Part shown: piece after piece, positions 58,612 through 64,000 of the stretch
How positions within the stretch are numbered: the stretch's first letter is position 1
Layout of the letters: every line of letters begins with the position of its first letter
IMG/VR virus record: IMGVR_UViG_3300042301_003932
Source of the DNA: a virus
Length of the DNA: 64,000 nucleotides
Strand: one strand, 5' to 3'
The notes under the pieces: generated by a model
Seen by the model: the letters and a program-made list of their open reading frames with translations, nothing else
What the model was told of the DNA's origin: nothing
Database searches by the model: none
Made by a program: the position numbers and the translations under genes

Positions 58612-61191
58612 TTAATATTTGGTTATTTTTCTCATAGTTCCATCATCATAAATTTCAATTATAATTCCATGTACATTTTCAGGTTTAACTTCTTGACCCA
58701 TTAAATTAATATAACCTATAATTTTTTTATCTGTAACATCCCTCGTGATAACTATCGGTCCATACGTTTCAAATTTACCGTCAATATCAAATTGTTGTAA
58801 TCTATAATAAACAATACTATTTAAATTATTATCAATATATGAATATCTTATAGTTTCATTACTATTACCAGCGGCAGATTTTGTTGTAATAGTCTTCCAA
58901 TTATTACCGTCATTACTTGATTCTAAATCAAAATGACTTGAGTTGTTTTCAGATTCTGTTGACCATTTAATCACATTAAATAATGGGTATAAATCACCTT
59001 CAAATTGACTCAATTCAACAGGTAATGGGACACTTAATAGTATACTGTATTCTTCTATTTCACCATAACCATATCCTGTTGAATAATAAGCATCATTTGT
59101 TGGTGTTGCATTCCAAACAGAAAGTACTCTCATTTTAACTGTACCCCCAATAGCATCATTTGGTACATTAACAGATGCGGAACCTATCGCACCTGGTGCC
59201 GATAATAATACATTTTCTGTTGTTTGAAATACCCCGTCTTGGTCCCAATCAATCCAAGCACTATAACCAGGGTACGAACCAAAAGTTAGTGTACCTGAAA
59301 CAGATATTGTATAAACACCACCGATGTCTAAATTACCAACAATTGAAAGGTAATCAGAATACGCGTCTCCGTCTTCAGTAGATGTATTATTAATATCACT
59401 TAAAGTTACATTTGTTATATAATCACCATCACTAACCCCATAAGTATATGGTGGTGCAAGTTCTAATGTGACTAAAATTGGTGATGTAACACCAGCAGGA
59501 CAAGAACCATTTACTGAAGTTGCTCTAAAATACATATTTGTTTGTGCAACATTTAGTTGTAATGTGTATGGCATAACTGGATTTGTAATTGATCCGTCAA
59601 CTGTACTAAAATTATTAAAAGACCATTCTAATAATGTTACACTACCTCCATTTCCCACAATTGAGAATGTAACAGCATCATTTACAACGGTAGATGTTTT
59701 GTTAGAAGAAAGTGTTCCTGCGGTTGTTGGTGTCGTACAGGGTGTTGTAATACAAACTGTAAAAGTACCCCTTGACCCAACAGTGGATGCGTAACTATGA
59801 ATTCTTATGTAGTAAGTAACACCAATACTTAAACTATTAACTGTTGTGGTTTCTACACTATAACCTGCCGTCGCATCAATACAAGATAGTGATGAAAGTC
59901 CACCACAATTACCACCATACACTTGAAAAACAACATCAGCCATAGTACCTGGTGTGACAGTAAGAACATGTGAAGTATTTGTTGCAACAAAAGAAAACCA
60001 TACGTCATCATCAGCACCTGTACCGGCACATGCCGCTGAAGATTGTGTTGCACCAACACTACTAGCGGAAGTTGTTGAGGTACAGGTTGAAGAACTGTTT
60101 ACTGTGACAGATGTTGCATTTGAACAATCATTATTAGTTGGTGGACTTGTACTTGCGGTTGATGCAACCCAAGAACTTGTTAAACCACCACAATTACTTT
60201 GTACATATAAAGTATATGATGTTTGTTGTGTTAAACCGTTTGCGGTTGCAGATGTTGTTCCTGCGGCGACAGAACCTGAAGATACTAGACCTGTTGCCCC
60301 ACTTCCACCAGCACCTGATGATCTAAGTTCCCAATTATACCCATTAGATGGTGGAGAACCAGGTGCCGTCCAAGAAAGATTTGCGGTTGATGATGAAGTG
60401 TACGATATTATTGGTAATGTAGGACCTATACAAGACTGCACAGTCCAAATAAATATTAACCCTGTTGAAGGGACACATCCACTACGAAACCTTACGTTGT
60501 GAGCATTAGATGTTCCAGCGGTTGTACCATTTGGTGCTCCCCAATTTGGTGTTGCATCCGGTATAGAAGTTGTTAATCTTCTGTTATTGTAGTCTGTATT
60601 TGTGGAACCCCTTAAACCAACCATTGGTTGATAAGTTGTACTTGTTGTAATTGTCGTCATATTACCATACACAACACTTATTTGACCATTTGATTTGTTT
60701 ACTCTAATTTGAAATGAAAATCTTTCTGAACTACTTTGTAAATATCTTGCGGCATTTTGCCATTGAAACACCACTTCAGTGCCTACATCCTCCCATCTTC
60801 TTTCATATACTTGTGACGCAATTGCCGTACTTCTTAAATCCATACCCATACCTGCAATAACACCCACTGCAGTACCTGTTGATGATAATGGTCCAGTTAC
60901 ACTATTTCCTGTTGTTGTTGTTCCTGGGTTTAAAAACAAAGCACCATCTGCTGTCATATTAACAGATGTAATTGTTGTATTATTAAACTGAAATTGTGAT
61001 CCGGAAGGTATTGTAAAATAACTACCATCAGTATCATAAGTGACGGCACCGCCAATTGTTGTTACTAATTGCGTACCACCAACAATTGCCGTATATGTAC
61101 CGGTTGTCTCAGAAAATGAATAAAGACTTGATACTTGTGTAAAACCCAAAAAAGAAACTAAGGTGAATAGTATTATTAAAAAATTTTTCAT
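58612..61191 (-). CDS. Secreted T9SS-cargo-like adhesin (signal peptide, FN3, PPC-like, GEVED, CTD)
   Basis: MKNFLIILFTLVSFLGFT-Q; ANLSW..GL...TSY.LYV; NNDC...DDDVWF; AWIDWDQDG.F...GEIEEY; PLPVEL..F; YYRL.Q.D.DG; NLMGQEV...YDDG..RKI. Confidence 0.85.
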   Translation of the reverse strand: MKNFLIILFTLVSFLGFTQVSSLYSFSETTGTYTAIVGGTQLVTTIGGAVTYDTDGSYFTIPSGSQFQFNNTTITSVNMTADGALFLNPGTTTTGNSVTGPLSSTGTAVGVIAGMGMDLRSTAIASQVYERRWEDVGTEVVFQWQNAARYLQSSSERFSFQIRVNKSNGQISVVYGNMTTITTSTTYQPMVGLRGSTNTDYNNRRLTTSIPDATPNWGAPNGTTAGTSNAHNVRFRSGCVPSTGLIFIWTVQSCIGPTLPIISYTSSSTANLSWTAPGSPPSNGYNWELRSSGAGGSGATGLVSSGSVAAGTTSATANGLTQQTSYTLYVQSNCGGLTSSWVASTASTSPPTNNDCSNATSVTVNSSSTCTSTTSASSVGATQSSAACAGTGADDDVWFSFVATNTSHVLTVTPGTMADVVFQVYGGNCGGLSSLSCIDATAGYSVETTTVNSLSIGVTYYIRIHSYASTVGSRGTFTVCITTPCTTPTTAGTLSSNKTSTVVNDAVTFSIVGNGGSVTLLEWSFNNFSTVDGSITNPVMPYTLQLNVAQTNMYFRATSVNGSCPAGVTSPILVTLELAPPYTYGVSDGDYITNVTLSDINNTSTEDGDAYSDYLSIVGNLDIGGVYTISVSGTLTFGSYPGYSAWIDWDQDGVFQTTENVLLSAPGAIGSASVNVPNDAIGGTVKMRVLSVWNATPTNDAYYSTGYGYGEIEEYSILLSVPLPVELSQFEGDLYPLFNVIKWSTESENNSSHFDLESSNDGNNWKTITTKSAAGNSNETIRYSYIDNNLNSIVYYRLQQFDIDGKFETYGPIVITRDVTDKKIIGYINLMGQEVKPENVHGIIIEIYDDGTMRKITKY

Positions 61192-61289
61192 AATTAAGTA
61201 TTTTTTCTTAATAAATACTTTGAAAACGTTTAATTATAAAGTAAATTTTGTGTCAAATGAACATTTAGTGTTATTAAATTATTATTCAT

Positions 61290-61319
61290 AAAAAAAGGAG
61301 ACAATTTCTTGTCTCCTTT
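61290..61319 (-). terminator. Rho-independent terminator after the major capsid gene
   Basis: aaaggagacaa-tttc-ttgtctccttt, with a T run on the minus strand. Confidence 0.9.
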
Positions 61320-61342
61320 CTCTTATTCAGTTAAGATATTGA

Positions 61343-63151
61343 TTATCTCAATTCTTGTAAGTCAAATGTTCTAACTCCATCAACTGTGATTCTACCATAG
61401 AAACGGTTGTTAACCATTTTCTTAGCGTATCTGGTCATGATACCTTTGATAGGTGTAAAGTTGAATGGGTTATACATTGTAGGTGTTAATTGTAGAGGTA
61501 CATACGGAGCGTAAACATATCCTGTATCTAACAAAGATGAACCTTTGTGTCCAATAAGGATTTGGTTAGCTGGGAAGTATGGATCTCTATACACTTGGTA
61601 ACGACCTGCTAATGTACCAACTCTTTCAATACCCATGTTGTACTGATCTTGCTCCGGAGAAGCGTTAGATACGTGGAAGTACTCTAGGTCATCAAAGATA
61701 GCAGAAACTTCAGAAGATACAACAATCCAGTTAGCCCCACCTCTCAATGTAGATTTGTGGATTTGTGCTGACAATTGGTTAATTGCTGTGATCAAAGTTT
61801 GATTCCAATCTTTTTGAGTATAAGTCATGTTTCCTGGAATTCTTCTCCATCCGTTGTAATCCCATCTTAGGTTCCAAGCTGCACCTTTTCTAAGGTCTCT
61901 CAAGATTTCTCTATCAATTTCTGCTGCCACTTGCTCAGACAATAATGCTGTTAATTCAGCCTCAGCGTCAATGTTATGGAATGCAGAAACGTCTTGTGCT
62001 AATTCAGGTGACCATTGTGCTCTTAGTTTTCTTTCTGTAACTGATACAGTAACTGACTCAAGGTCAAAAGATACTTCACCAATTTTATCTTCAAATTCTA
62101 ATTCAGCATATCTTCTAAATACAGCTACAAAAGAAGTACCCGAAGAACCTGAAGTGATTGTTGCTCCTGTATAACCATCTAAAGATGATGCGTTACAATC
62201 AGCACATACAGGACAAGAAAGATCAACTTCTAAATAGATACATCCGTTTTGATCACAAACTTGATCATAAGATCCACCATTTCCGTTAGGGAATGTTGTT
62301 GGTGTTTGTGTATATGTAGGAGAAACAATACCTTTACCGTATTGTTGAGTAACGACTCTAAACAACAATGGAGTTGCTGTAGGAACAGAACAAGCACTAC
62401 CTTCAGCAATACTCAAACCTGTTGATCTGATAATTTTTAAGTCAGACAAGAAAGTCTCACTATCAACCTCTGATCCATCAGGTCCGATTAATTTACCAAC
62501 ACCATTATCATAAAAACCACACATTTTAACAAGAAGTTTTCTTTGAACACCTGTTGGAGCCAATGAATCAACTAATGATCCATTTGACCAAACTTGGATT
62601 GTTGTAGTTGCTGTAACTGCAGTCCATGTACCTTTAGAATAGTCAAATAATCCTGGAGGATCTAATGCCGCCTCAGCACCTTCATAAAATAAATCATAAA
62701 GATTTTTAGCGTAAGCGTCAGCACCATCATAACCTGTACCATCAGCCGCGTTATAGTTTGCCGAACCAATTGGTGCGAAGTGGTTTGTTCCTGCAGCGGT
62801 ATCAGCTGAGTTATAACCTTGAATTTTAGGTACAAAGTAGAACAATTTACCGATTGGTAAGTTCATTGCTTGTACAGATACTAAATCATTTGCTAATAAT
62901 TTAGAGAATACTCTTCTAACGATAGGAAATACTACAGTTTCAAATGAACCTGAACTGTCAGTAGATGCTGCTTCGTTAATTAGGTGAGACGCTTGGTTTT
63001 CATATAATTGTGCCATGTTCTCTTTAACGTGTCCTTTAAGACCGTCTAGGAATCCTAATCTATCCCATTTGTTAATTGTATCTTCTTTGATAACTTTCAA
63101 GTGCTTAAGACCGATGTTACCAACAAGACCTGATTCTAATAATGCTCCCAT
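61343..63151 (-). CDS. Major capsid protein (T4 gp23-like)
   Basis: LYENQ, PIVRRV, VSVQAM..P.G..F, RKLRAQWSPELAQD..AFH.IDAEAEL, EIDREI, YAPYVPL, FTP..G.MTRY. Confidence 0.97.
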   Translation of the reverse strand: MGALLESGLVGNIGLKHLKVIKEDTINKWDRLGFLDGLKGHVKENMAQLYENQASHLINEAASTDSSGSFETVVFPIVRRVFSKLLANDLVSVQAMNLPIGKLFYFVPKIQGYNSADTAAGTNHFAPIGSANYNAADGTGYDGADAYAKNLYDLFYEGAEAALDPPGLFDYSKGTWTAVTATTTIQVWSNGSLVDSLAPTGVQRKLLVKMCGFYDNGVGKLIGPDGSEVDSETFLSDLKIIRSTGLSIAEGSACSVPTATPLLFRVVTQQYGKGIVSPTYTQTPTTFPNGNGGSYDQVCDQNGCIYLEVDLSCPVCADCNASSLDGYTGATITSGSSGTSFVAVFRRYAELEFEDKIGEVSFDLESVTVSVTERKLRAQWSPELAQDVSAFHNIDAEAELTALLSEQVAAEIDREILRDLRKGAAWNLRWDYNGWRRIPGNMTYTQKDWNQTLITAINQLSAQIHKSTLRGGANWIVVSSEVSAIFDDLEYFHVSNASPEQDQYNMGIERVGTLAGRYQVYRDPYFPANQILIGHKGSSLLDTGYVYAPYVPLQLTPTMYNPFNFTPIKGIMTRYAKKMVNNRFYGRITVDGVRTFDLQELR

Positions 63152-63196
63152 TTTTTTATTTTTTTAATTAGAGTTTATTTTTTTATTATTTTGTAT

Positions 63197-63203
63197 ATAA
63201 ATA
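63197..63203 (-). promoter_or_regulatory. TATTTAT putative late promoter for the major capsid gene
   Basis: GTATATTTATA on the coding strand, 45 nt before the ATG. Confidence 0.6.
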
Positions 63204-63229
63204 TACAGGTTTTTAAAAAAGTTTATTTT

Positions 63230-64000
63230 TTATTTAATTTTTGTCATTAAATCCTTCATTCTCAAAAATTGAGGATTCTCATACGTTTTACTTTCAATCA
63301 AATTAGATGATGAACCTGTTTGTGGTGTTTTAATAACTTTTCTCTGAATAGATTCAGTTACTACACCAACATTACTATTTCCATCTAATTCTTTTTTGAT
63401 TGATTGGTAAAGGTTTTTTGATTCTTTTAAAGATTCAACACCGTCAAATCTTCTCAATATATTTATTTTTTCTTGTTTTGTAGTTGAATGTTCTGTGAAC
63501 AATCTTGTAGAATAAGCCAAGTTAGAATTGAAAACCGCAACTTCATTAAGTTTTGTTCTGAAAAAATCTAAAGCCTTTTTATACTCATCATTTTTTTCTT
63601 TCAATAAACTTAATTCCTCATTAACTGATTCAACTTTAAGGTGTCTTGGAGCCGTTCTTACTTTTGGTAAACCTTTTCTACCCCAATACTTACCGTTACC
63701 TAAAGTTCTTGATGCTTCTTTAGGCTCCATCATCATACCTTCGTTTTCTTCTCTTTCCCATCCTTCAAATTCTTCTTCATCCATTTCAGTTTCAGTAACA
63801 CCATGTTTGATTTTAGAATAATTGAATTTAGGTCCTTTAGATGATGATTTACCAGAATATTTTCTGTCTTCTTTAAATCCACCTTTTTGTTTTTCATAAG
63901 AAAACTTAGGTTTACCCATCCCAACACCTTTTGCCTTGAAAGATTCCATAACGTCAGCCAACTCGTCCATGTCTACTTCGTAGACATTTTCTTCTACTTT
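63230..64000 (-). CDS. Prohead core scaffold protein (gp22-like), 5' end outside the window
   Basis: Immediately upstream of the capsid gene. Frame is open to the window edge. Acidic and coiled, with LNEVA.FN.NL and several L/V-x-ES sites. Confidence 0.75.
   Translation of the reverse strand, partial: KVEENVYEVDMDELADVMESFKAKGVGMGKPKFSYEKQKGGFKEDRKYSGKSSSKGPKFNYSKIKHGVTETEMDEEEFEGWEREENEGMMMEPKEASRTLGNGKYWGRKGLPKVRTAPRHLKVESVNEELSLLKEKNDEYKKALDFFRTKLNEVAVFNSNLAYSTRLFTEHSTTKQEKINILRRFDGVESLKESKNLYQSIKKELDGNSNVGVVTESIQRKVIKTPQTGSSSNLIESKTYENPQFLRMKDLMTKIK

Noticed and set aside
59468-60502. Longer antisense ORFs (108 and 182 aa) and other short opposite-strand ORFs in the track
   Set aside because: They are shadows of well-supported genes on the other strand and show no motifs or expression signals.
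61234-61256. TTGACA...TATAAT sigma70 promoter before the T9SS-like gene
   Set aside because: The spacer is only 12 nt. The TATTTAT motif at 61211-61217 is the better candidate.
1-64000. Giant eukaryotic virus (PolB, SNF2, SOD, many GTs)
   Set aside because: The gp23-type capsid, contractile sheath, sigma factor and operonic coupling identify a tailed phage.

Overview
This window is a segment of a large, AT-rich, T4-like (myovirus, probably jumbo) phage genome read in the standard genetic code. Core genes include the gp23-like major capsid, a gp22-like scaffold (partial), a gp18-like tail sheath, gp13/14/15-like neck and terminator proteins, a gp5-like spike, a family B DNA polymerase, an SNF2 helicase, a gp55-like late sigma factor, dUTPase and PhoH. 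A Bacteroidota host is inferred from three signs: a T9SS-cargo-like gene with a Gln-rule signal peptide, A-rich starts without Shine-Dalgarno sequences, and a -33/-7-like promoter. Notable accessory content: (1) an ~18 kb island of soluble glycan enzymes (11 glycosyltransferase genes, 5 methyltransferase-like genes, Gmd/Fcl and a GT11 fucosyltransferase) with no recognisable membrane, flippase or polymerase component; (2) a tail-fibre island containing a GT9-like transferase, a sulfotransferase and a 2OG-Fe(II) oxygenase beside a Cys-rich 17-aa-repeat adhesin; (3) a T9SS-cargo-like adhesin right after the major capsid gene; (4) a TATTTAT motif before about 17 genes, the reverse complement of the T4 late promoter core; (5) a set of proteins with [IL]-x-E leaders, including a WYL protein, a HEXXH-MnSOD fusion and a HAD enzyme, that may be packaged in the head. 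No tRNA, CRISPR array, integrase, intein or reverse transcriptase was seen. Family assignments come from motif recognition by eye, not database searches.
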